Assembly: GCA_031277995.1 (NCBI GenBank) | Contig: JAITLH010000108.1 | Span: 1 to 33,547, forward strand | Direction of reading: 5' to 3' | DNA length: 33,547 bases | DNA from: Deltaproteobacteria bacterium | GTDB lineage: Bacteria > Desulfobacterota > Desulfarculia > Adiutricales > Adiutricaceae | Part shown: piece by piece, positions 8,047-16,995 of the stretch | Position numbering within the stretch: position 1 is the first letter of the stretch | How the letters are laid out: each line of letters begins with the position of its first letter | Made by a program: the position numbers and the translations under genes | The notes under the pieces: generated by a model | Database searches by the model: none | What the model was told of the DNA's origin: nothing | The model's input: the letters and a program-made list of their open reading frames with translations, nothing else

Positions 8047-9594
8047 ATGGTCGCCCCACGCGAAAAAGCGCCCCTCCAAAGCGGCCCGGGACTGGAAACT
8101 TTGGGTTTGACCCTAAACCAAGCGGCCTCGTTTTGCCTAAGCCCCGACGGCCAAGGGCTCGGCGGGGCGAAGGGCGCCATGCTCCCGGATTTTGGCGAGG
8201 CCGGGCGACAAAGCGTTACCAAGGTGGTTTTGGATAGCCGCTTGGCCGGGCCCGGGGCGATTTTCGTGGCCATAAGGGGCGAAAACGGGGACGGGCATGA
8301 CTACGTGGGCCAGGCCTTGGACAAAGGGGCCTTGGCCGCGGTGGTCCATGGGGAAAAGGTTTTTGGTTGCCTCGAGGAAAAGCTCATTAGGGTCAAGGAC
8401 ACCGTCCTGGCCCTGGGCAATTTGGCCCGGTCGGTTAGGCTAAAAATCGGGGCCAAGATCGTCGCGGTGACCGGCTCGGTCGGAAAAACCACCGTCAAGG
8501 AGATGATTAAAAACATCCTGGAAAGCGAGTACGGGGAGGAAGAAATACTGGTCACCTCCGGAAATTTCAATAACCATTTGGGCGTCCCCTTAACCCTCCT
8601 TTCCCAAAGCGTCAAAACCAAGGTGGGCGTGGTGGAATTGGGGGCCAACCATTTTGGCGAAATCGCCTACCTGACCCGCATGGTTAGGCCCGACGCCGGT
8701 TTGGTGACCCGGGCCGGGACGGGCCATCTGGAATTTTTTGGCTCGGTTGACGGGGTGGCTAAGGCCAAGGGCGAACTTTACGAAAACCTCCCAGAATTGG
8801 CCGCGGCCATATTTAACGCCCAGGACGAGAGGATGATGAAACGGGCCAAGGCTTTTTCGGGCAAAAAGTATTTTTTCGCCTTTGGCGATGGGCCGATTGG
8901 GGATAGGGACCAGACCGTGAGCGTCAGGCGACCGAAAAAAAGCGCCCTGGGCGGCCAAAAGGTGTTAATGAACGGACCGGGCCTGCCAGAGGCCGGGCGG
9001 GAATTTCACTTAAGGCTATTTGGCGCCCACAACGCCCTTAACGCCGCGGCCGCGGCCGCGGCCGCCTTGGCTTTGGGGCTTGGCTGGGAGGGTATTTTAA
9101 AGGGGCTTTCCAAAACCTGGCCCCTTAAGGGTCGGCTAAGAACGGTCAATCTAAAAAACCACATGGTGGCTTTGGACGCGGTTTATAACGCCAATCCCAC
9201 TTCCGTCGAAGCCTGTCTGGAGATTATGAGAGACCTTCCAAAATACGCCGCCCGTTGCGCGATTTTGGGTGACATGCTGGAACTGGGCGAGGAAAGCCGC
9301 GATTGGCACGTAAAAATAGGCCGCCGGGCCGCCGAATGCGGGATCCATTGGTTGGCCCTGGTGGGGAACCAAACCAAACTCCTGGCCCAGGGGGCCATCG
9401 AGGGCGGGTTCAACGCCAATTGTCTCCACGAAACCCAATCGGGCGAAAACGCCGCCCGCTGGCTCCTCTCCGTGGCCCCGGCCTACTCGGTCATTTTGGT
9501 GATCGGATCGCGCGGCGTGAAACTAGAAAAGGCCCTCTCCGAGCTTCGTAAGGGGCATGACTTTGGCGGTAAGTATCCGGGCGAGCTTACTTAA
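8047..9594 (+). CDS. murF: UDP-N-acetylmuramoyl-tripeptide--D-alanyl-D-alanine ligase MurF
   Basis: It has the Mur ligase P-loop VTGSVGKTTVKEM and N-terminal ..DSR....GAIFVAIRGENGDGHDY, typical of MurF. It lies between murE and mraY, starting 2 nt after the murE stop. Confidence 0.9.
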   Translation: MVAPREKAPLQSGPGLETLGLTLNQAASFCLSPDGQGLGGAKGAMLPDFGEAGRQSVTKVVLDSRLAGPGAIFVAIRGENGDGHDYVGQALDKGALAAVVHGEKVFGCLEEKLIRVKDTVLALGNLARSVRLKIGAKIVAVTGSVGKTTVKEMIKNILESEYGEEEILVTSGNFNNHLGVPLTLLSQSVKTKVGVVELGANHFGEIAYLTRMVRPDAGLVTRAGTGHLEFFGSVDGVAKAKGELYENLPELAAAIFNAQDERMMKRAKAFSGKKYFFAFGDGPIGDRDQTVSVRRPKKSALGGQKVLMNGPGLPEAGREFHLRLFGAHNALNAAAAAAAALALGLGWEGILKGLSKTWPLKGRLRTVNLKNHMVALDAVYNANPTSVEACLEIMRDLPKYAARCAILGDMLELGEESRDWHVKIGRRAAECGIHWLALVGNQTKLLAQGAIEGGFNANCLHETQSGENAARWLLSVAPAYSVILVIGSRGVKLEKALSELRKGHDFGGKYPGELT

Positions 9595-9754
9595 AAGGGC
9601 CGGGCCATAGGCCCCAGCCTATGGCAAGGCTTGGGGCCGGGCAGCTGGGCTGGGCGAATGAGATTGAACGGGGGCCGTGTTAGCGTTGTTTTTATTTTTT
9701 TGTTTCTTTTCCCGTAACCCTTAGGTTACTAAAATATGGCGGGATCGCGTTACG

Positions 9755-10834
9755 ATGCTTTACAAGCTACTCCTTAGTTTATCGGACGTGTTTAGTTTTT
9801 TTAACGTCTTTAGATATTTTACCTTTAGGATCATTTTGGCCGCCCTGACCTCAATGCTCCTATGGTTCGTATTTGGCCGGTATTTTATTCGCCTCATAAA
9901 AAAATATGGAGTAAAGCAGTATATAAGGAGCGACGGTCCCTCCAGCCACCAGATAAAAAGCGGCACCCCAACCATGGGCGGGGTTTTCATTATTCTGGCC
10001 GCCCTTTTTTCGAGTTTGTTATGGGCCGACGTAGGCTCGCCCCTGGTCCACTTGATTTGGGAAGTCATTTTACTTTTCGCCCTGATCGGTTTTCGGGACG
10101 ATTACCTAAAGATTAAAAACCGCCGTAACGAAGGCTTATCCGGCAAACAAAAATTACTTTTGCAAACTTTTTTTGGGTTAATGGCTGGCTGGGCCTTGTA
10201 TCTTTCCCCTGATTTTAAACCGCTTTTAACTTTTCCGATCCTAAAGGACGTCATCTATAACCTGGGCCCCTTTTACGTGCCCTTCGCCGCCTTGGTTTTG
10301 GTGGCCAGCAGTAACAGTTGCAACCTAACCGACGGCCTTGACGGACTGGCCATCGGTCCCATAATCATGTGCGCCGGGACGTACATGATTTTCGCTTACT
10401 GCGTTGGCAATTCCGTCATCGCCAGGCATTTGCAGTTAACCCAGGTTCCGGGATCGGCGGAGCTGGCCGTCATACTGGCCTCGCTAATCGGGGCCAGCTT
10501 GGGATTTCTGTGGTACAACACCTACCCTGCCGATATTTTAATGGGGGATATTGGCTCTTTAAGTTTGGGCGCCGCCCTTGGCCTATCGGCATTGATCGTG
10601 AAAATGGAGATTTTACTCATCATGGTTGGCGGCATCTTTGTCCTTGAGGCCGGCTCGGTCATTTTGCAAGTTGGCTACTTTAAATTTACCAAAGGCAGGC
10701 GAATTTTTAAAATGGCCCCGCTTCACCACCATTTTGAGCTCTTGGGTTGGCCCGAACCGAAAGTCGTCGTTCGTTTATGGATCTTGGCCATCATTCTAAG
10801 TTTGGCCGGCATTTCCACCTTAAAGCTACGCTAA
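9755..10834 (+). CDS. mraY: Phospho-N-acetylmuramoyl-pentapeptide transferase MraY
   Basis: It is a polytopic membrane protein with the motifs NLTDGLDGLA, MGDIGSLSLGAALG and APLHHHFEL. Confidence 0.95.
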   Translation: MLYKLLLSLSDVFSFFNVFRYFTFRIILAALTSMLLWFVFGRYFIRLIKKYGVKQYIRSDGPSSHQIKSGTPTMGGVFIILAALFSSLLWADVGSPLVHLIWEVILLFALIGFRDDYLKIKNRRNEGLSGKQKLLLQTFFGLMAGWALYLSPDFKPLLTFPILKDVIYNLGPFYVPFAALVLVASSNSCNLTDGLDGLAIGPIIMCAGTYMIFAYCVGNSVIARHLQLTQVPGSAELAVILASLIGASLGFLWYNTYPADILMGDIGSLSLGAALGLSALIVKMEILLIMVGGIFVLEAGSVILQVGYFKFTKGRRIFKMAPLHHHFELLGWPEPKVVVRLWILAIILSLAGISTLKLR

Positions 10835-10899
10835 AAAGCCGCCAACTTAAAGCCACGCTAAAAGGCCGCCGCCTTAAAGCCACGCTAAAAGGCCATCGA
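10819..10899. repeat. 27-bp tandem repeat x3 that includes the mraY stop codon
   Basis: cttaaagc[tc]acgctaaaa[ag]gcc... restarts at 10819, 10846 and 10873. Copy 1 encodes the last mraY codons plus TAA (10832..10834). Confidence 0.85.
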
Positions 10900-11110
10900 T
10901 TTTGCGAAAATGGCTAGCCGGGGGCTTGCCAAAAATAATCCGCGTCGCCGCGAAGGGGCTTATTTTTTGATAAAAATAACCCTTTCGCCTATCCGATTTA
11001 ACTTTTATCCAAACCCCACGCTGGGAGCCTCAGGGCCCTAGGTGGGCGCGTGATGGTTTCCAGCCGGGGCCCGGACGGGCCCCATAGTCGGGTTGGGAGG
11101 GGAGGGCAGC

Positions 11111-12793
11111 GTGAACGATAGTCATCGCGGCAAAGGTCAGCCAAATCCCGAGCCGGTTAAGCCTCCCAAGGTCGCCCCCATGGGCGAGGGCCAAAGCGTC
11201 AAAACCGCTCCGGAAAAGGGGCCCCTGGCCATTTCGGCCGAACAGGTCATGCCCCGGTCCAGCCGTCGATCGCTCGCGGTCGTCAGCCAAAACTGGCCCA
11301 AGACCTCCGAACCCCTAAGGAAGGCCTTGGTTTTGGGCGTGGGCTTGTCGGGCCTGGCCTCGGCCAAGCTCTTGTCGCGTTTGGGTTTTGAGGTCATCGC
11401 CTCGGATAGAAAACTCGCCTCCCAGCTGGGCGCCGAGGCCTTGGAGATGGACGCCATCGGCGTTAACCTCATCGCCGAGGAGACGGCCTTTTCCCTTTTG
11501 GGGGCCGGTTACGGGGCCCCGGATTTGGTGGTGCCCTCGCCGGGGATCCCCAGGGATCACGCCCTTTTGTCCTTGGCCCGGGAAAAGGAAATCGAGATCG
11601 CCGGGGAAATGGAACTCGCGGCCAGGCACGTTCCCATCCCCATATTGGCCGTGACCGGCTCAAACGGGAAGTCCACCGTTACCGCCTTAACCGGGCACGT
11701 TTTGGAACGCTCCCAGATCCCCTGCTTCGTTGGCGGAAACATTGGCCTGCCCCTTTCGGTTTTGGCCCTCGATTACCTAAACGACAATTTGGGCGATCGC
11801 CGGTACGCGGTCATCGAGGTTTCCAGTTTTCAGCTGGAAACCGTTTCCAGGTTCATGGCCAAGGCGGCCACTTTCCTAAACCTTAGCCCCGATCACCTCG
11901 ATCGGCACGGGGACATGAAAGGCTACTTTGAGGCCAAATGCCGGATTTTTAACCTCCAGGGCCCCAACGAAACCGCCGTCCTTAACCTTGACGACCCTTA
12001 CGTTAGGGATCTGGCCCCAAATTCCCGGCGCTTTTGTTTTTCCCGGCAAACTAGGCCCAAATACGGGGCCTATTATTACGGCGGCGAAATAATCGTGGTC
12101 GACGGCGATCTGGTCTTGGCCAAGCGCCCTTGGTCGGATTTTAGGTTAATAGGCGACCATAACGTCGATAACGTCATGGCGGCCACGGGACTGGCCATGG
12201 CCGCCGGGGTTTCCCCGGTCCTGGCCTTGGCCGCGGCCACCAGCTATAGCCCCTCGGATCACCGGCTTCAACCGGTGGGCGAATATGGGGGCATCCGCTT
12301 CGTGGACGATTCCAAGGGCACCAACGTCGGGGCCGTGGCCAGCGCCATCCAAAGCTTTTCCTCGCCCATAGTCCTAATTTTGGGGGGTAGGGACAAGGAC
12401 CTCGACTTTTCTTACCTGGCCCCCTACGTTAGGGAAAAAGTCAAACACCTGGTTTTGATGGGCGAGTGCCGGGAAAAGATCCTAAAAAGCCTGGGCGGCG
12501 AGGCTCCCCACACGGTCGTTTGGGACATGGCCGAGGCCGTCTCGGCGGCCATAAAGGCGGCCAAACCCGGGGACGTGGTCTTACTGAGCCCGGCCTGCGC
12601 CAGTTTCGATCTTTTTGAAAACTATAAGCGGCGCGGCGAAGTTTTCGCCCAGGAAGTCAAAAAGAGCTTTGGTTTGGAGCCCCCAAGCGCTTCCAGGGAA
12701 AGCCCCGGCGGGGCGGACCAATCGGCCCCCGGCGTCACCTTGGATGACAGCCTGGGCAATGGCGGTAAGGGCGGGAAAAACGGTCACCACTAA
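11111..12793 (+). CDS. murD: UDP-N-acetylmuramoylalanine--D-glutamate ligase MurD (start uncertain)
   Basis: It has the N-terminal Rossmann segment KALVLGVGLSGLASAKLL, the P-loop VTGSNGKST and DDSKGTN. Candidate starts are TTG 11093 (where the ORF opens), GTG 11111 (preceded by GGAGG at 11101..11105), ATG 11180 and ATG 11249. There is also a G/K-rich C-terminal extension of about 45 aa. Confidence 0.85.
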   Translation: MNDSHRGKGQPNPEPVKPPKVAPMGEGQSVKTAPEKGPLAISAEQVMPRSSRRSLAVVSQNWPKTSEPLRKALVLGVGLSGLASAKLLSRLGFEVIASDRKLASQLGAEALEMDAIGVNLIAEETAFSLLGAGYGAPDLVVPSPGIPRDHALLSLAREKEIEIAGEMELAARHVPIPILAVTGSNGKSTVTALTGHVLERSQIPCFVGGNIGLPLSVLALDYLNDNLGDRRYAVIEVSSFQLETVSRFMAKAATFLNLSPDHLDRHGDMKGYFEAKCRIFNLQGPNETAVLNLDDPYVRDLAPNSRRFCFSRQTRPKYGAYYYGGEIIVVDGDLVLAKRPWSDFRLIGDHNVDNVMAATGLAMAAGVSPVLALAAATSYSPSDHRLQPVGEYGGIRFVDDSKGTNVGAVASAIQSFSSPIVLILGGRDKDLDFSYLAPYVREKVKHLVLMGECREKILKSLGGEAPHTVVWDMAEAVSAAIKAAKPGDVVLLSPACASFDLFENYKRRGEVFAQEVKKSFGLEPPSASRESPGGADQSAPGVTLDDSLGNGGKGGKNGHH

Positions 12794-12898
12794 AAATTTT
12801 TCCAAAAAAATTTTCCCCTTGGCCAAGCCCCCAAAGGCTTTGGCCTTGGCCCTGGCGGATGGGCCTTATGGGCCCCCGGCCGCGTAAAACCTTTCTTT

Positions 12899-14101
12899 GT
12901 GGGTAGGGAAATGAGCGAGACGAAAGCTATCGAAACGAAAACAAGCGCCTTAAAATCCGTGGATACGGTCATGCTGGCCATCTTGGTCATCCTTTTGGGG
13001 TTGGGCATAACGGTCTTGCTTTCGGCTAGCTTTGTCTCGGCGGAATACCACAAGCATGATCCCTATTACATTTTTAACGAGCAGCTAATAAACCTCACCA
13101 TCGCCATTCTCATTGGGGTGCTGTGTTATTTCGTTCCCTACCAGTTTTGGATCAAGTTCGCTTGGTGGATAGGCCTAATCGGCATCGGGATGTTGGTGGC
13201 CATGTTGGTTCCGGGCGTGGCCAAGGAAGTCAACGGGGCTAGCCGTTGGATGCTGGCCATTCCCTTTCAGCCGGCCGAGGCGGCCAAATTGTCCGTGGTC
13301 ATCGTTTTGGCCAGATATTTTAGCCACTATGGGATCCTCATAAAAAAAATCGGCTACGGCCTATTGGTCCCCATCATGCTCATGGCCATATACGGCGGCC
13401 TAATCGTGGCCGAAATAGATCTTGGCGGTGGGATTGTCGTGGCCATCATCATTGCCCTGATGATGATAGCCGGCGGGGTTAGGGTCTGGCACTTCGTTAT
13501 GCTAAGCCCCATTTGCTTGGTTGTCTTCAAGCTTATTTCGGTCATGGCTTACCGGATTGATCGAATCGTGGGTTGGGATGACCCCTGGGCCTATCCCGAA
13601 GGCGTCGGCCTCAACATCATTAAGGCCTTTTACGCCTTCGCCAACGGCGGGTTGACCGGGGTGGGGCCCGGCCAAAGCCAACAAAAAATGTTCTTTTTGC
13701 CCGAAAGTTACACCGACTACATCTTCGCCGTGGTGGGCGAAGAATTGGGCCTCATTGGCGTCGTCACCATCAGTTTTTTGGTTTTGGCCCTGGCTTATCG
13801 GGGTTTCATGACGGCCAAGGCGGCCAAGACCATGAGCGGCTTTTACCTGGCCATCGGCATGACCCTTTGCGTGGTCGTTCCGTCCTTTATCAACATGATG
13901 GTCTCCCTTTCCATCATTCCGGCCAAGGGCCTGCCGTTCCCGTTTTTTAGCCACGGCGGCTCGAGCCTCATGGTCTCCTGCGCGGCCATGGGCATTGTCA
14001 TGGCCATCCACTCCCAAAGCCTCCGCGATTTGGGACCCGAGCGCGCCAAAAAGGGCCTAAAACACATGGCCAAGGGTGACGGCGAAAACAAGTTTCCCTG
14101 A
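12899..14101 (+). CDS. ftsW: SEDS-family peptidoglycan glycosyltransferase FtsW
   Basis: It is a polytopic membrane protein with FQPAEAAKL, TDYIFAVVGEELGLIG and PFFSHGGSS, and lies between murD and murG. The start is GTG 12899 or ATG 12911. Confidence 0.9.
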   Translation: MGREMSETKAIETKTSALKSVDTVMLAILVILLGLGITVLLSASFVSAEYHKHDPYYIFNEQLINLTIAILIGVLCYFVPYQFWIKFAWWIGLIGIGMLVAMLVPGVAKEVNGASRWMLAIPFQPAEAAKLSVVIVLARYFSHYGILIKKIGYGLLVPIMLMAIYGGLIVAEIDLGGGIVVAIIIALMMIAGGVRVWHFVMLSPICLVVFKLISVMAYRIDRIVGWDDPWAYPEGVGLNIIKAFYAFANGGLTGVGPGQSQQKMFFLPESYTDYIFAVVGEELGLIGVVTISFLVLALAYRGFMTAKAAKTMSGFYLAIGMTLCVVVPSFINMMVSLSIIPAKGLPFPFFSHGGSSLMVSCAAMGIVMAIHSQSLRDLGPERAKKGLKHMAKGDGENKFP

Positions 14102-14126
14102 TTGGCCAAAAATAAAGGCCCCCAAG

Positions 14127-14294
14127 CCATAAGGCCCAAACCATAAGCCCAAAACCATAACCCCCAGGCCATAAGGCCCAAACCATAACCACCAATGCCA
14201 TAAGCCCCATGCCATAAGGCCCAAACCATAACCCCCATGCCATAAGGCCCAAACCATAACCCCCAGGCCATATGGCCAAACCAAAAGCCCAAAA
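14127..14294. repeat. 14-nt tandem array (CCATAAGGCCCAAA and variants, about 12 units) spanning the ftsW-murG gap and the annotated murG ATG
   Basis: Units start at 14127, 14141, 14155, 14169, 14183, 14198, 14212, 14226, 14240, 14254, 14268 and 14281. The period is not a multiple of 3. The - strand ORFs with GLW/YGLGLMAW repeats are translations of this array. Confidence 0.9.
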
Positions 14295-15507
14295 CCGGGA
14301 CCTAAACAAAGTCCCCATTATTTACGACATACCAAGGACAGTGAAAAAAGATTTCAAGGTTCTCATAGCCGCCGGAGGAACCGGCGGTCACGTGATGCCG
14401 GCCGCGACCGTGGCCGGTGAGCTTAAGGCCCTTTACCCCGAGGCCGACCTTCTCTTCGTCGGGGCCGGGCGCCCGGCCGAAGGGGCCATCCTCGATCCCT
14501 TAGGCTATAAGCGAAAGATCCTAAAGGTCCCGACCTTGGCCGGAAAAAATCCCCTCAAGGCCGCCTTGGCCCTTTTTTCGCTTTTTAAAAGCCTCGTCGG
14601 GGCCGCCTCGATCGTAAGGGACTACAAGCCCGATATCTGTTTGGCCTTTGGCGGCTACGTTTGCGGCCCGGTGGGCTTGGTCGCGAAAATTTTTGGCTTG
14701 CCGCTGGTTTTGCATGAGCAAAATTCCAAGCCGGGCTTGACCAATCGCCTTCTGGGCCGGATCGCCGACCTGGCGATGGTGGGTTTCCCCGAAACCGAGG
14801 AGGCTTTTAAGGCTAGGCGCGTGGCCTACGTCGGAAACCCCGTAAGGAAAGAAATCGCCCTTTTGGGCCAAAAACAAAAAGCCTTTGAACAAAACCCCCT
14901 GGGCCCGCGTCTTTTGGCCGTGGGCGGCTCGCAAGGCTCCAAAAAGCTTAACCTGGCGGTCATGGAACTGGCCAAAACCCTAACCGAGCGCCAAATCCCT
15001 TTTAGGCTGACCCACCAAACCGGGACCCAGATGGAAGCCGAGGTGAAAGGGCGCTACGACGCCCTAAAGATCGAGGCCGAGGTATTGCCTTTCATTTCCG
15101 ACATGGCCCGGGCCTACCTGGAGGCCGATTTGGCCATCACCCGGGCCGGGGCCCTAACCCTGGCCGAACTCGCGGCCGCCAAAGTCCCCTGCGTCCTGGT
15201 GCCCTTACCCACGGCCGCGGGCGACCACCAAAGCGTCAACGCCAGATCGCTTGAAAAAATGGGCTTGGCCCGGGTCGCCCCGGAAAAGGACCTCGATTCC
15301 GGCTTATTGGAAAAGATCGTTTTGCCCTTAATTCAAAACCCGGAAAAACTCCGCGCCATGTCCGAGTCCGTGTCCTTGGAGGCTGGCGATCTCGCTTCCG
15401 TGGGCCCCAAAATGGCCAAGCTGGTCTTGGAAACTTTACGAACCTATCTGGAATCCGAGGCGGCCAAATCCCGGGATTTGGCTTCCAAGCCCGATAAAAA
15501 AGACTAG
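14272..15507 (+). CDS. murG: Undecaprenyldiphospho-muramoylpentapeptide beta-N-acetylglucosaminyltransferase MurG (start uncertain)
   Basis: Motifs are LIAAGGTGGHVMPA and TRAGALTLAELAAAKVPCVLVP, and the gene lies between ftsW and murC. ATG 14272 sits inside the 14-nt repeat array with no SD. GTG 14341 (VKKDFKVLIAAGG) is an alternative start. Confidence 0.88.
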   Translation: MAKPKAQNRDLNKVPIIYDIPRTVKKDFKVLIAAGGTGGHVMPAATVAGELKALYPEADLLFVGAGRPAEGAILDPLGYKRKILKVPTLAGKNPLKAALALFSLFKSLVGAASIVRDYKPDICLAFGGYVCGPVGLVAKIFGLPLVLHEQNSKPGLTNRLLGRIADLAMVGFPETEEAFKARRVAYVGNPVRKEIALLGQKQKAFEQNPLGPRLLAVGGSQGSKKLNLAVMELAKTLTERQIPFRLTHQTGTQMEAEVKGRYDALKIEAEVLPFISDMARAYLEADLAITRAGALTLAELAAAKVPCVLVPLPTAAGDHQSVNARSLEKMGLARVAPEKDLDSGLLEKIVLPLIQNPEKLRAMSESVSLEAGDLASVGPKMAKLVLETLRTYLESEAAKSRDLASKPDKKD

Positions 15508-15559
15508 GGGGCCGGCCACGCCGGCTCCCCCGGTAAGCGATAACCAAGGATTTTTGAAA

Positions 15560-16933
15560 ATGTATCATCGGAAAAGGCGCATACACTTCGTTGGCATAGG
15601 CGGCATAGGCATGAGCGGCATCGCCGAGGTGCTTTTAAACCTTGGCCACGCCGTGAGCGGCTCGGACCAGCAGGAGAGCGCCCAGACCGACCGCCTTCGT
15701 TTAATGGGGGCCCAGATCCATATCGGTCACCGGGCCGACCAGGCCGAGGGGGCCGACGTGGTCGTGGTTTCGAGCGCCGTGCCCCAATCGAATCCCGAAT
15801 TGGAAAGGGCCAGATCGTTAGCCGTTCCGGTCATCCCCCGGGCCGAGATGTTGTCGGAATTGATGCGCCTAAAAACTTCCGTGGCCGTGGCCGGATCGCA
15901 CGGAAAAACCACGACCTGTTCCTTGGTGGGCCTGATGCTAACCCACGCCGGGCTGGACCCGACCTTGGTCATCGGCGGCCGGATAAATAACCTGGGCCTT
16001 AACGCGAGACTGGGCCAGGGCGAGTTTTTGGTGGCCGAGGCCGACGAGAGCGACGGCAGTTTTTTGATGCTCTCGCCAACCGTTACGATAGTTACCAATA
16101 TCGACCGCGAGCATTTGAGTAATTACCGCGACTTTGACCATCTGAAGGAAACCTTTTTGACCTTCATAAACCGGGTGCCTTTTTACGGGGCCTCGATTCT
16201 CTGTTTAGACGATCCCCAGGTCCAAAACCTCGTGCCCATGGTCAAAAAACGTTTCGTCACCTACGGCTTGTCGGCCCAGGCCGAGGTCACGGCCAAGGAC
16301 ATCAAAACCCTGGACTGGGGCCATCGCTTCGATTGGTACAAAAAGGGCGAGCGGCTGGGGGAAATCACCGTCAACATACCCGGTCGCCACAACGTCCTAA
16401 ACGCCCTGGCCGCCTCGGCCGTTGGCCTTGAGCTTGGCCTGGCCCCCACTGTCATCTCCGAAGGCATCGCCGGCTTAAAGGGCGTGGGCCGGCGCTTTGA
16501 GCTAAAGGGCCAAGCCGGCGGCATGGATTTTTTGGACGATTATGGCCATCACCCCTCCGAGGTGCGGGCGACCCTGGCGACCTTGGCCGAATGTTACCCC
16601 GACCGGCGAAAAATAGTCCTATTTCAGCCCCATCGCCACACCCGAACCAAGGAACTGTTTGACGAATTCGTAAAGTCCTTCAACTTGGTCGAAAACCTTT
16701 TTCTGGCCGATATCTACTCGGCCGGGGAAAGGCCCTTTGAGGGCCTCGATTCCGAGGTCCTGGCTAAGGCCATCGCCAGCCACGGCCACCGGGGCGTCGA
16801 ATACCTCGGGGAAATAAGCCTCATGGCCAACAAGCTAAAGGATCGCCTAAGGCCCGGCGACGTGGTCATGACCCTGGGCGCCGGCAACATCTGGCAAGTG
16901 GGCGAGGAACTCCTAAAAAGGTTTTCGGAATGA
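15560..16933 (+). CDS. murC: UDP-N-acetylmuramate--L-alanine ligase MurC
   Basis: Motifs are IHFVGIGGIGMSGIAEVL and the P-loop AGSHGKTTT. AAGGA lies 10 nt upstream of ATG 15560, and the ORF opens at TTG 15554. Confidence 0.92.
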   Translation: MYHRKRRIHFVGIGGIGMSGIAEVLLNLGHAVSGSDQQESAQTDRLRLMGAQIHIGHRADQAEGADVVVVSSAVPQSNPELERARSLAVPVIPRAEMLSELMRLKTSVAVAGSHGKTTTCSLVGLMLTHAGLDPTLVIGGRINNLGLNARLGQGEFLVAEADESDGSFLMLSPTVTIVTNIDREHLSNYRDFDHLKETFLTFINRVPFYGASILCLDDPQVQNLVPMVKKRFVTYGLSAQAEVTAKDIKTLDWGHRFDWYKKGERLGEITVNIPGRHNVLNALAASAVGLELGLAPTVISEGIAGLKGVGRRFELKGQAGGMDFLDDYGHHPSEVRATLATLAECYPDRRKIVLFQPHRHTRTKELFDEFVKSFNLVENLFLADIYSAGERPFEGLDSEVLAKAIASHGHRGVEYLGEISLMANKLKDRLRPGDVVMTLGAGNIWQVGEELLKRFSE

Positions 16934-16995
16934 CCGATAAACCTTTTTAAGTCAATGAATTTTTAAGTTTGTTTTTAACCCCGTAAAGGATCCCC

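Noticed and set aside
13843-14318. Three overlapping - strand ORFs with W/G/L/M-rich repeats (MAWGLW, YGLGLM)
   Set aside because: They are translations of the 14-nt tandem array and the antisense of the ftsW 3' end. A 14-nt period cannot encode a consistent protein repeat.
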